From assembly GCA_050743865.1 (NCBI GenBank), contig JBOGGE010000002.1, forward strand, positions 18,152 through 42,151: a DNA stretch of 24,000 nt, in the 5' to 3' direction. The position numbers and the translations under genes are program-made. This DNA is from Acidimicrobiales bacterium (GTDB taxonomy: Bacteria > Actinomycetota > Acidimicrobiia > Acidimicrobiales > RAAP-2). Position 1 is the stretch's first letter; each line of letters starts with the position of its first letter. Shown piece by piece: positions 1 to 7,313 of the stretch. The notes below the pieces were generated by a model. That model was not told the origin of the DNA, ran no database searches, and saw nothing but the letters and a program-made list of their open reading frames with translations.

Positions 1-51
1 CCCTCCGGTCTCCGGCGGCTGAGCCGCCGGGCGGACGGCTCGGCGCGCCGG

Positions 52-1851
52 GTGGCGCCACGGGGCTGGCGCCCGTACGTGGTGGCGTTCGTCCTCTACC
101 AGGCGCTGTCGCTGGCCGCATGGTGGCACCTGGTGGCCGGCGGGCTCTCCCGGACCCTCCCGCCCGGGTCGGGGGACCCGGGCCAGGAGGTGTGGTTCCT
201 CGCCTGGCTCCCCCACGCCCTCACGGCGGGCACCAACCCGTTCTTCAGCCACGCCATCTTCGCTCCGGCCGGCGTCAACCTCCTGGCCAACACCTCGGTC
301 GACCTGCTCGGCCTGGTGCTGTGGCCGGTGACGGCGGCAGCGGGGCCGGTGGCGGCGTTCGGCCTGGCGTGCCTGCTGGCCCCAGCGGTGAGCGCCGTCG
401 CCGCCTACGCCTTCTGCGCCCGCTACGTCGCCTGGCGGCCGGCGGCGTTCGTCGGGGGCCTGTGCTACGGCTTCGGGCCGTTCGTGGGGACCGACCTGCG
501 CTTCGGCCATCTCGATCTGACCTGGCTGCCCATCCCGCCGCTGATCTTCCTGGCCCTCGACGAGCTCCTCGTGCGCCGGCGGCGCCGGCCGGTGACCGTC
601 GGGGTGGCGCTGGGCCTGGCCGTGTGCGCCCAGTTCTTCCTCTCGACCGAGATGCTGGCCGTCACTGCCGTCATGGTGGCGGCAGGCCTGGTGCTGGCGG
701 CGGCGGCGCACCCGCGCCTGGTGCTCCCCCGCCTGTCGTGGGCGTGGCCGGGCCTGGCCACGGCGGGCGGGCTGGCCGTGGCGCTGCTCGGCTACCCGGC
801 GTGGATGGCCGTGGCCGGCCCCCGCCACATCTCGGGGCCGGTGTGGCCGTACATCGACCGGCTGTCGGCGACCGTCGGCGCCTCGGTGCTGCCCCACGGC
901 GAGCTCGGCGGCGTCGCCTTCATCTCCGGCGGCAACGGCAGCTACCTGGGGGTGGCCCTGCTCCTCGTCCTGGGCGGCGGCGGGCTCGCCTACCGGCGGT
1001 CCGGGCCGCTGCGTTTCGCCCTGGCCATGGTGGTCGTCGCCTACGTCGCCTCCCTCGGCTACCGGCTCCACCTCGGTTCGGGGACCACGCCCCTCCCCCT
1101 GCCCGCCGCCGTGCTCAGCCACCTTCCTGTGCTCGACTCCGTCGTCCCCGAGCGCTTCGCCGCCCTGGTGGACCTCTTCGCCGGGCTCGCCCTGGCCCTC
1201 GTCGTCGACCATGTCCGGCGGGGGGCACCCGCTGCCATCGGTGGCCGGGGCCAGGGAGGTCGGGCCCGCCTCGCCATTGCCTCGTGCCTCGCCGTCGCCG
1301 CCCTGGCCACGATGGCCCTGGTGCCGCCGTGGCCCTACCCGGTGCGCCACCTGGCCGGGCGGCCCGCCTTCCGCTCCCCGCTGCTCTCGGCCCCGGGGGC
1401 GCCGGCGTCCGAGCCCGGGAGGGCGCGCCGGGCGGCGCCGACGGCCACCGCCGGCCGGAACGTGGTGGCGGTGTACCCGTTCGCCCCCGGCGCCGTCTCG
1501 GACCAGATGGTGTGGCAGGCGCGGGCAGGCTTCCCCTTCGACCTGGCCGACGGGTACGCGTTGGTCCCGGGGCACCACGGCGCCATCCAGTCGCCCCCGC
1601 CGGACGCCCTCTGGCTCCTCCTCGCCGCCGCCACAATCGGCACCCTGGCCCTCCCGGTGCCGCCGCCCAAGCGCCGGGCCGTGCGGGCCGCCCTCGGCGC
1701 CGACGGCATCGCCACGGTGGTGGTGCTCGGCAGGCGCCACGGGTCGGCGGACGTCCTGCGGGCGCTGACCGAGGTGCTCGGACCGCCCACGGCCGGCGTC
1801 GGCAGCGCCGTCGTGTGGGACATCGGCGACCGTCGACGGCCAGGCTCGTGA
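52..1851 (+). CDS. Polytopic integral membrane protein; possibly a GT-C-like glycosyltransferase, function uncertain
   Basis: 599-codon ORF with consistent G/C third positions. It has many hydrophobic segments (YVVAFVLYQALSLAAWWHLV, LLGLVLWPVTAAAGPVAAFGLACLLAP, GVALGLAVCAQFFLSTEMLAVTAVMVAAGLVLAAAA). There is an acidic/proline motif GDPGQEVWFLAWLPHAL after the first helix. GTG at 52 is the first start codon, but this frame is open to nt 1, so the true start could lie upstream of the window. Confidence 0.7.
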   Translation: MAPRGWRPYVVAFVLYQALSLAAWWHLVAGGLSRTLPPGSGDPGQEVWFLAWLPHALTAGTNPFFSHAIFAPAGVNLLANTSVDLLGLVLWPVTAAAGPVAAFGLACLLAPAVSAVAAYAFCARYVAWRPAAFVGGLCYGFGPFVGTDLRFGHLDLTWLPIPPLIFLALDELLVRRRRRPVTVGVALGLAVCAQFFLSTEMLAVTAVMVAAGLVLAAAAHPRLVLPRLSWAWPGLATAGGLAVALLGYPAWMAVAGPRHISGPVWPYIDRLSATVGASVLPHGELGGVAFISGGNGSYLGVALLLVLGGGGLAYRRSGPLRFALAMVVVAYVASLGYRLHLGSGTTPLPLPAAVLSHLPVLDSVVPERFAALVDLFAGLALALVVDHVRRGAPAAIGGRGQGGRARLAIASCLAVAALATMALVPPWPYPVRHLAGRPAFRSPLLSAPGAPASEPGRARRAAPTATAGRNVVAVYPFAPGAVSDQMVWQARAGFPFDLADGYALVPGHHGAIQSPPPDALWLLLAAATIGTLALPVPPPKRRAVRAALGADGIATVVVLGRRHGSADVLRALTEVLGPPTAGVGSAVVWDIGDRRRPGS

Positions 1852-1900
1852 CCGGGGCACCGGGTCGGTGCGCGCCCCCTCGGCGCGGCGATTCCTGCGT

Positions 1901-1921
1901 CCGGTGGTGCACTGCCACCGG
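1901..1921 (+). terminator. Candidate GC hairpin downstream of the membrane-protein gene, with no U-tract
   Basis: CCGGTGG (1901-1907) and CCACCGG (1915-1921) are perfect reverse complements around a 7-nt loop, tgcactg. The hairpin starts about 50 nt after the stop at 1851. No T-run follows, so terminator function is uncertain. Confidence 0.25.
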
Positions 1922-2027
1922 CCGGGCCAGGCCGTCGAGCTGACGGAACGGGCTCGATCCTCGTCGGCCGCTCCACTACCATCCACCGTCGAGCCGTCAG
2001 CAGAGCTATGACGGGTGGAGATCGCGT

Positions 2028-2813
2028 ATGGGCACAGCCGACAGGGCACAGCGGTTGGCGACGACAGGCGACATCACGGCGAATGCCCTTTTCAGAGCGG
2101 TGGCCGAGACCTCCGACGACGCTGTCTTCGTCTGCGACGCAGTCGGCTCGATCACCACGTGGTGCAAGGCGGCCGAGCGGTTGTTCGGCTGTGCCGCCAG
2201 CGTCGCCCTCGGCGAGCCCCTCGACCACCTCTTCGCCGAGCACCTGCGCAAGGAGGTGCGGGCCGTTCTCGCGATGGCAATCGCCGGTGATCAGATCAAG
2301 CGCTTCGAGAGCGAGGTTCTCCTGCCCGACGGGATGCCGATGCCGGTCTCTCTCTCCCTGGGTCCGGTGGTCGACGACTCGCGGGGACATGTCGCGTCGG
2401 TCGTGATCGTCCGCGACGTCACCGAGCAGCAGCTGGCCCAAGCGAGCCTGGCGGAGGTGGAGGCTCGGCTGGAGCAGGGCGAAGCGCTGGCCCACGTCGG
2501 AAGCTGGCTATGGGATCTCAGGACGGGCACCGTGCAGTGGAGCGCCGAACTTTACCGGATGCACGGGGTCGACCCCCGTGGTTTCGACGGAACCCTGGAA
2601 TCCCACCTGCAGCTCATCCATTCGGAAGACCGCGAACGCGTCCGGGCGGCGATGAGCGCCTCGGTCTCATCGGGGGATCCCTTCGAGGCAGAGTACCGGG
2701 TGATCCGCCCCGACCACCAGGTCCAGGTCGTTCGCCTACAAGCCGAGCCCACCATCGGATCGGCAGGCACGCCGGTCGGATTGCGCGGGATCGGTCAGGC
2801 GGTGGAGGGTTGA
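2028..2813 (+). CDS. Stand-alone tandem PAS/PAC sensor protein with no recognisable output domain
   Basis: ATG 2028 is preceded by GGAG at 2017-2020. The first PAS-like block is FRAVAETSDDAVFVCDAVGSITTWCKAAERLFG...VIVRDVTEQ. A short coiled linker follows (QQLAQASLAEVEARLEQGEAL). The second, PAS_3-like block is GSWLWDLRTGTVQWSAELYRMHGVDP...IHSEDRERV...EAEYRVIRPDHQVQVV. The protein ends directly after the second PAS domain. Confidence 0.8.
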   Translation: MGTADRAQRLATTGDITANALFRAVAETSDDAVFVCDAVGSITTWCKAAERLFGCAASVALGEPLDHLFAEHLRKEVRAVLAMAIAGDQIKRFESEVLLPDGMPMPVSLSLGPVVDDSRGHVASVVIVRDVTEQQLAQASLAEVEARLEQGEALAHVGSWLWDLRTGTVQWSAELYRMHGVDPRGFDGTLESHLQLIHSEDRERVRAAMSASVSSGDPFEAEYRVIRPDHQVQVVRLQAEPTIGSAGTPVGLRGIGQAVEG

Positions 2814-2923
2814 GGCGGTCCGGAGGGGGACGGACGGGGGGTGTGACCGGCGAGGACGGGAGGCGGGAGCCAGACGTGACGGTCCGAACGGACGGGAGCG
2901 GGACCGGCCCGGGCGGCCCGACC

Positions 2924-3184
2924 TCACGGTCGGTCGTGGCCAAGCAGGCTCGTGACCCGGGCCACGAGATCCCCGCCGGCGTCCGACGGCCTGTCCTCGC
3001 CGTCGACGACAGCCGCCCACGCCCGCAGGGTGCTTCCTGCTTGCGCACGGGCGGACGAGATCACGTCTGCGAGCTCATCGGTGTCGTACAGGGCCTTCAA
3101 CGAGCGACGGAGCCGTTCGAGGTCCTTTCCGCCAGATTTGGCCCCGATCACGTACCCGATCACCAATGCCAGAGTGATGCTCAC
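2924..3184 (-). CDS. Small protein (86 aa) with a hydrophobic N-terminus, YtxH-like at the N-terminus; paralogue of the 12296-12529 product
   Basis: This is the C-terminal 87 codons of the track ORF 2924..3946. GTG at 3184 overlaps the TGA of the upstream padR::yceI gene (GTGA). GGAGG at 3192-3196 (minus-strand sense) lies 7 nt upstream. Translation: MSITLALVIGYVIGAKSGGKDLERLRRSLKALYDTDELADVISSARAQ... The rest of the 340-aa track ORF overlaps the better-supported PadR::YceI frame. Confidence 0.6.
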   Translation of the reverse strand: MSITLALVIGYVIGAKSGGKDLERLRRSLKALYDTDELADVISSARAQAGSTLRAWAAVVDGEDRPSDAGGDLVARVTSLLGHDRP

Positions 3185-4233
3185 CCGGGTACCTCCAATT
3201 CGGCCTCGGCTTGGAGCCGCACTCGTACGTCGGGATAGATGCGGAACATGAGCACGGTCGGCGAAGTCACGGCAAAGTCGCGGACATCGAAGACCTGCTC
3301 GCCGGTGATGACGAGGTGGGAGTCGGACACGGCCTTCACGCGCACCGTCCCGGTGACCGGCCTGGTGACGCCATGGAAGGTGAGCTCCCCCACGAGCCGG
3401 TAGCGGGCCCCCGGCCCGCTCACCGTGCACTCCTGCAGATCGACCGCGGCCGTCGGATAGCGGCGGGCGTCGATCCTGCGTAGGAGCTCGGCGTCGTACA
3501 ACGCCCGGCCAGAGCTGAGACGGGACACGTCGATCTCGAGGCGCGCCGACGGGGCGATGTCGGTACGCACCACCCCTGTCACGACCGCGGCGCGGATCGA
3601 TCCTCCGATCCCGATGACGCCGAAGCTCAACGGTCCCACCGTCGACCGGACCTCTACCAGCACTGCCGACCGATCGGGGACCAGGCGGAAGGAGCGCACC
3701 ACCGCCGGCTCCGTGGCAACCCAGCCGGCGCAGGCGTCCGCTGCCGGCCCGTCCAAGAGCTCGTCCACCGAGACGAGCCGTCTCCGTCCGCCGCTGCTGG
3801 ACGACACTGGCGAAGGGTACACGCCCAAGGTCAGGGCCCAGCCTCCTTCGACTTCGGCCAGCACCGAGTCGGTGGTAGCGATGGCCTGATAGCGGCGCAG
3901 GACCTGGCCGAGGTGGTCGTGCTCCTGCTTGATGACGCCCATCCACTGCCGAAGCGCCCGCCCTCCGGCATCGGTGAGCAGGTAGATCCGGCGGGCACGC
4001 CCTGCCATGGCGCTCGGCGGCGACACCTCGACGAGCCCGTCACCCTCCAGCTGCGCAAGAGCCCGGTACACAGCCGGCCGGTCGACATGGCCGAAGCCGA
4101 GCGCCTGGAGCTCCGGCACCAACCCGTACCCGTGGCCAGGCCGCTCGGAGAGCAAGAGCAATAGGGCCGGGAACATGAACCGACGGGGGGGTGCCAGCTC
4201 GAAACGCGACATCTTGTGCGCCGTTGTCGCCAT
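3181..4233 (-). CDS. PadR-family winged-helix regulator fused to a C-terminal YceI-like (lipid/polyisoprenoid-binding) domain
   Basis: The N-terminus FMFPALLLLLSERPGHGYGLVPELQALGFGHVDRPAVYRALAQLEGDGLVEV...RRIYLLTDAGGRAL is a typical PadR wHTH. The C-terminal ~165 aa (roughly nt 3184-3681) is YceI-like: FRLVPDRSAVLVEVRS...LEIDVSRLSSGRALYDAELLRRIDARRYPTA...LTFHGVTRPVTGTV...VFDVRDFAV. The preferred start is ATG 4233, with GGGAGGG 4 nt upstream on the minus strand. The track start at 4320 would add 29 aa and has no evident SD. Confidence 0.85.
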   Translation of the reverse strand: MATTAHKMSRFELAPPRRFMFPALLLLLSERPGHGYGLVPELQALGFGHVDRPAVYRALAQLEGDGLVEVSPPSAMAGRARRIYLLTDAGGRALRQWMGVIKQEHDHLGQVLRRYQAIATTDSVLAEVEGGWALTLGVYPSPVSSSSGGRRRLVSVDELLDGPAADACAGWVATEPAVVRSFRLVPDRSAVLVEVRSTVGPLSFGVIGIGGSIRAAVVTGVVRTDIAPSARLEIDVSRLSSGRALYDAELLRRIDARRYPTAAVDLQECTVSGPGARYRLVGELTFHGVTRPVTGTVRVKAVSDSHLVITGEQVFDVRDFAVTSPTVLMFRIYPDVRVRLQAEAELEVPG

Positions 4234-4453
4234 GGCACCCTCCCGGGCTGCTTGCGACCCCGTCCGGCCCCGCAGCCGATCGACCAACGCTACCCCTACC
4301 CCACTTCCCTGCCTCCCCATTCCAATTCACCCACTTCGTTGAGCCCGGACCTCTTGACGGTGTGAAAGACACTCATTTACAAGGGCAGCCGCGGGGCGTA
4401 GGACGCAGGGAGCCGCACATTTCGGCGCGGCACGCGATCGGGAGGTGGTTGTC
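4234..4453. promoter_or_regulatory. Divergent control region between padR::yceI and the hydrogenase operon
   Basis: This is a 220-bp intergenic gap between divergent starts. It contains an AT-rich island at 4354-4382 (TTGACGgtgtgaaagacactcatttacaa) with a GTGT-N5-ACAC dyad. It also holds an almost G-free pyrimidine tract at 4291-4337 with the 8-bp direct repeat CCCACTTC at 4300 and 4330. The hhyS SD GGGAGG is at 4439-4444. I could not pin down -10 elements. Confidence 0.4.
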
Positions 4454-5509
4454 GTGACGGTAACCGAGGCGCCGCCGGACGAAGCCGTCGTCCACGTGCT
4501 GTGGATCAACGCCGGGCTCAGCTGCGACGGGGATTCCGTCGCCCTCACCGCGGCGACCCAGCCGAGCATCGAGGAGATCGCCATGGGCGCGCTCCCTGGG
4601 CTTCCCAAGATCGCCGTGCACTGGCCGTTGATCGACTTCGAGTGCGGCCCGGTCGGGGGAACCGACGACTTCATCGAATGGTTCTTCCGGGCCGACCGGG
4701 GCGAGCTCGACCCGTTCGTCTTGGTGGTGGAGGGCTCGATCCCCAACGAGGCCATCAAGCGTGAGGGGTACTGGTGCGGGTTCGGCAACAATCCGGACAC
4801 CGACCAGCCCATGACGACGAGCGAGTGGCTCGATCGCCTGGCGCCGAAGGCGCTGGTGGTCCTGGCCGCCGGGACTTGCGCCTGCTATGGCGGCATTCAC
4901 GCCATGGCGGGTAACCCGACGGGCGCCATGGGCGTCCCCGACTATCTGGGGTGGGGCTGGAGGTCAAAGGCGGGCATCCCGATCGTGTGCGTCCCGGGCT
5001 GCCCCACCCACCCGGACAACCTCTCCGAGACGATCCTGTACCTGCTCTACCAGGCCACGGGGCAAGCACCGATGATCCCCCTCGACGACTCCCTGCGACC
5101 GCAGTGGTTGTTCGGCAGCACCGTGCACGAGGGCTGCGACCGAGCCGGCTACTACGAGCAGGGCGACTTCGCCAGCGAGTACGGCTCGCCCAAGTGCATT
5201 GTGAAGCTGGGGTGCTGGGGCCCGGTGGTCAAGTGCAATGTCCCCAAGAGGGGCTGGATCAACGGGGTGGGCGGCTGCCCGAACGTCGGTGGCATCTGCA
5301 TCGGCTGCACCATGCCGGGTTTCCCCGACAAGTTCATGCCGTTCATGGACGAACCGCCGGGCGCCCGGGTCTCGACGGTGGCCAGCGGCCTGTACGGCGG
5401 GGCCATCCGGGGACTGCGCCGGATCACCGCCCACACGCTCGAAGACGAGCCGAAGTGGCGCCTGCCGGGCAAAGAGCTGGTGACCGGGTACAAGGGAACG
5501 TGGAGGTAG
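4454..5509 (+). CDS. hhyS: [NiFe]-hydrogenase small subunit, group 1h/5 (Hhy-type), cytosolic with no Tat signal
   Basis: FeS-ligand pattern: LSCDGDS, GTCACYGG, VPGCPTHPD, HEGCDR, KCIVKLGCWGPVVKC, GGCPNVGGICIGCTMPGFPD. There is no RRxF twin-arginine leader. GTG 4454 lies 9 nt after GGGAGG (4439-4444). The track start GTG 4445 abuts the SD, so 4454 is preferred; the start is uncertain by 9 nt. Confidence 0.93.
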   Translation: MTVTEAPPDEAVVHVLWINAGLSCDGDSVALTAATQPSIEEIAMGALPGLPKIAVHWPLIDFECGPVGGTDDFIEWFFRADRGELDPFVLVVEGSIPNEAIKREGYWCGFGNNPDTDQPMTTSEWLDRLAPKALVVLAAGTCACYGGIHAMAGNPTGAMGVPDYLGWGWRSKAGIPIVCVPGCPTHPDNLSETILYLLYQATGQAPMIPLDDSLRPQWLFGSTVHEGCDRAGYYEQGDFASEYGSPKCIVKLGCWGPVVKCNVPKRGWINGVGGCPNVGGICIGCTMPGFPDKFMPFMDEPPGARVSTVASGLYGGAIRGLRRITAHTLEDEPKWRLPGKELVTGYKGTWR

Positions 5510-5513
5510 GACG

Positions 5514-7298
5514 GTGGCCAAAGCACTTACCGACAACGACACCGGCCTGGTGGAGATGGCCTGGGACCCCATCACCCGGATCGTGGGCAGCTTGGGGATC
5601 TACACCAAGATCGACTTCGGGAGAGGCAAGGTCGTCGAGTGCCACAGCACTTCGTCGATCTTTCGCGGCTACAGCGTCTTCATGAAGGGGAAGGACCCCC
5701 GGGACGCCCACTTCATCACCAGCCGGATCTGCGGCATCTGCGGCGACAACCACGCCACCTGCTCGTGCTACGCCCAGAACATGGCGTATGGCGTGCACCC
5801 GCCGGCGCTCGGCGAACAGATCGTCAACCTCGGCGAAGCGGCCGAGTACATGTTCGACCACAACATCTTCCAGGAGAACCTGGTCGGAGTGGACTTCTGC
5901 GAGAAGATGGTCGCCGAGACCAACCCCGGCGTGCTGGAGCAGGCCAACCGCACCGAGGCCCCGCACGCTGCCGACCACGGGTACAGAACGGTCGGCGACA
6001 TCATGCGCTCGCTCAACCCGTTCTCCGGCGAGTTCTACCGCGAGGCCCTGCAGGTGAGCCGCTCCACCCGGGAGATGTTCTGCCTCATGGAGGGCCGCCA
6101 CGTGCACCCCTCCACGCTGTATCCCGGCGGCGTCGGCACGACGGCCACCATCCAGCTGTTCACCGACTACTACACCCGGCTCATGCGCTACGTGGAGTTC
6201 ATGAAGCGGGTCGTACCGATGCACGACGACCTGTTCGACTTCTTCTACCAGGCGATGCCCGGGTACGAGGAGGTCGGCCGGCGCCGGGTGCTCCTCGGTT
6301 GTTGGGGCGCCTTCCAGGACCCGTCGGTGTGCAACTTCAACTACCGGGACATGACCACCTGGGGACGGGCCATGGGTGTGACGCCCGGGGTGGTTGTCGA
6401 CGGGAACCTCGTCACCAACGATCTGGTCGAGATCAACCTGGGCATCCGCATCCTGCTCGGCCACTCGTTCTACGGCGACTGGGGAGACCAGGAGATGTTC
6501 GTCACCCGCGACCCGCTCGGCAATCCTGTCGACCGCCGCCATCCGTGGAACCAGCACACCAACCCCGCGCCCCAGAAGCGAGACTTCGACGGCAACTACA
6601 GCTGGGTGATGGCTCCCCGCTGGTCTGACGGGAGCGATGATCTCGCCCTCGACACCGGCGGTGGTCCCCTGGCCCGCCTCTGGTCGACCGCGCTGTCCGG
6701 CCTGGTGAGCACCGACCACGTCAAGGCCACCGGCGACAGCGTGGTCATCAACCTGCCCAAGACGGCACTCAAGCCCGAAGTCAGCCTCGAATGGAAGATC
6801 CCGCGGTGGTCCAACACCATCGAGCGTGACCGGGCCCGTACCTACTTCCAGGCCTACGCGGCGGCGTCGGCTCTGGACTTCATCGAGAAGGCGTTGGCCG
6901 ACGTGCGGGCCGGCAGGACGAAGACCTGGGAGCCCTTCGAAGTTCCCGACGAGGCGATCGGCTGCGGGTTCACCGAGGCGGTCCGCGGCGTCCTGTCACA
7001 CCACATGGTGATAAAGGGCGGCAAGATCGCCAACTATCACCCCTACCCGCCGACGCCGTGGAACGCCAGCCCCCGCGACAGCAACGGCACGCCCGGCCCG
7101 TATGAGGATGCGGTCATCGACTCGCCCATCTTCGAGGAGAACGACCAGGAGCACTTCAAGGGCATCGACATCATGCGGTCGGTGCGGAGCTTCGATCCTT
7201 GCCTGCCGTGCGGCGTGCACATGTACCTCGGCAAGGGAAAGGTCCTGAAGAAGCTCCACTCGCCCACGCAGGTGGCGACTCCCGATCTCGCCTCCTGA
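5514..7298 (+). CDS. hhyL: [NiFe]-hydrogenase large subunit, group 1h/5 (Hhy-type)
   Basis: The N-terminal metal-ligand motif is TSRICGICGDNHATCS and the C-terminal motif is SFDPCLPCGVH. GTG 5514 is preceded by GGAGG at 5502-5506. A 25-residue tail after CGVH (MYLGKGKVLKKLHSPTQVATPDLAS, nt 7221-7295) matches the extension removed by the maturation endopeptidase. Confidence 0.95.
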   Translation: MAKALTDNDTGLVEMAWDPITRIVGSLGIYTKIDFGRGKVVECHSTSSIFRGYSVFMKGKDPRDAHFITSRICGICGDNHATCSCYAQNMAYGVHPPALGEQIVNLGEAAEYMFDHNIFQENLVGVDFCEKMVAETNPGVLEQANRTEAPHAADHGYRTVGDIMRSLNPFSGEFYREALQVSRSTREMFCLMEGRHVHPSTLYPGGVGTTATIQLFTDYYTRLMRYVEFMKRVVPMHDDLFDFFYQAMPGYEEVGRRRVLLGCWGAFQDPSVCNFNYRDMTTWGRAMGVTPGVVVDGNLVTNDLVEINLGIRILLGHSFYGDWGDQEMFVTRDPLGNPVDRRHPWNQHTNPAPQKRDFDGNYSWVMAPRWSDGSDDLALDTGGGPLARLWSTALSGLVSTDHVKATGDSVVINLPKTALKPEVSLEWKIPRWSNTIERDRARTYFQAYAAASALDFIEKALADVRAGRTKTWEPFEVPDEAIGCGFTEAVRGVLSHHMVIKGGKIANYHPYPPTPWNASPRDSNGTPGPYEDAVIDSPIFEENDQEHFKGIDIMRSVRSFDPCLPCGVHMYLGKGKVLKKLHSPTQVATPDLAS

Positions 7299-7313
7299 GC
7301 ACCGGAGCCGGCA

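Noticed and set aside
120-1943. 607-aa + strand ORF overlapping the membrane-protein gene in another frame.
   Set aside because: It is an Arg/Pro/Gly-rich nonsense translation. The 52-1851 frame gives coherent transmembrane helices.
2814-2923. G-runs on the + strand considered as a G-quadruplex motif.
   Set aside because: The G-runs are separated by loops of 16 and 26 nt, so no four consecutive runs satisfy the N1-7 loop rule. I kept only the compositional-skew observation.
3185-3946. Upstream 254 codons of the 340-aa track ORF 2924..3946.
   Set aside because: It overlaps the PadR::YceI frame, which has clear domain motifs. Only the last 87 codons, which have their own SD and a GTGA coupling, look genuine.
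4387-4430. Possible 5'-UTR stem (GCCGCG ... CGCGGC) upstream of hhyS, considered as a riboswitch or attenuator.
   Set aside because: The arms are only 6 bp and are separated by 32 nt. There is no recognisable riboswitch consensus and no leader peptide. A pairing of this size is easily expected by chance at this GC content.
4445-4530. Possible Tat (twin-arginine) signal on the small subunit.
   Set aside because: The N-terminus (MTVTEAPPDEAVVHVLW...) contains no RR motif and no hydrophobic h-region. This is consistent with cytosolic group 1h enzymes.
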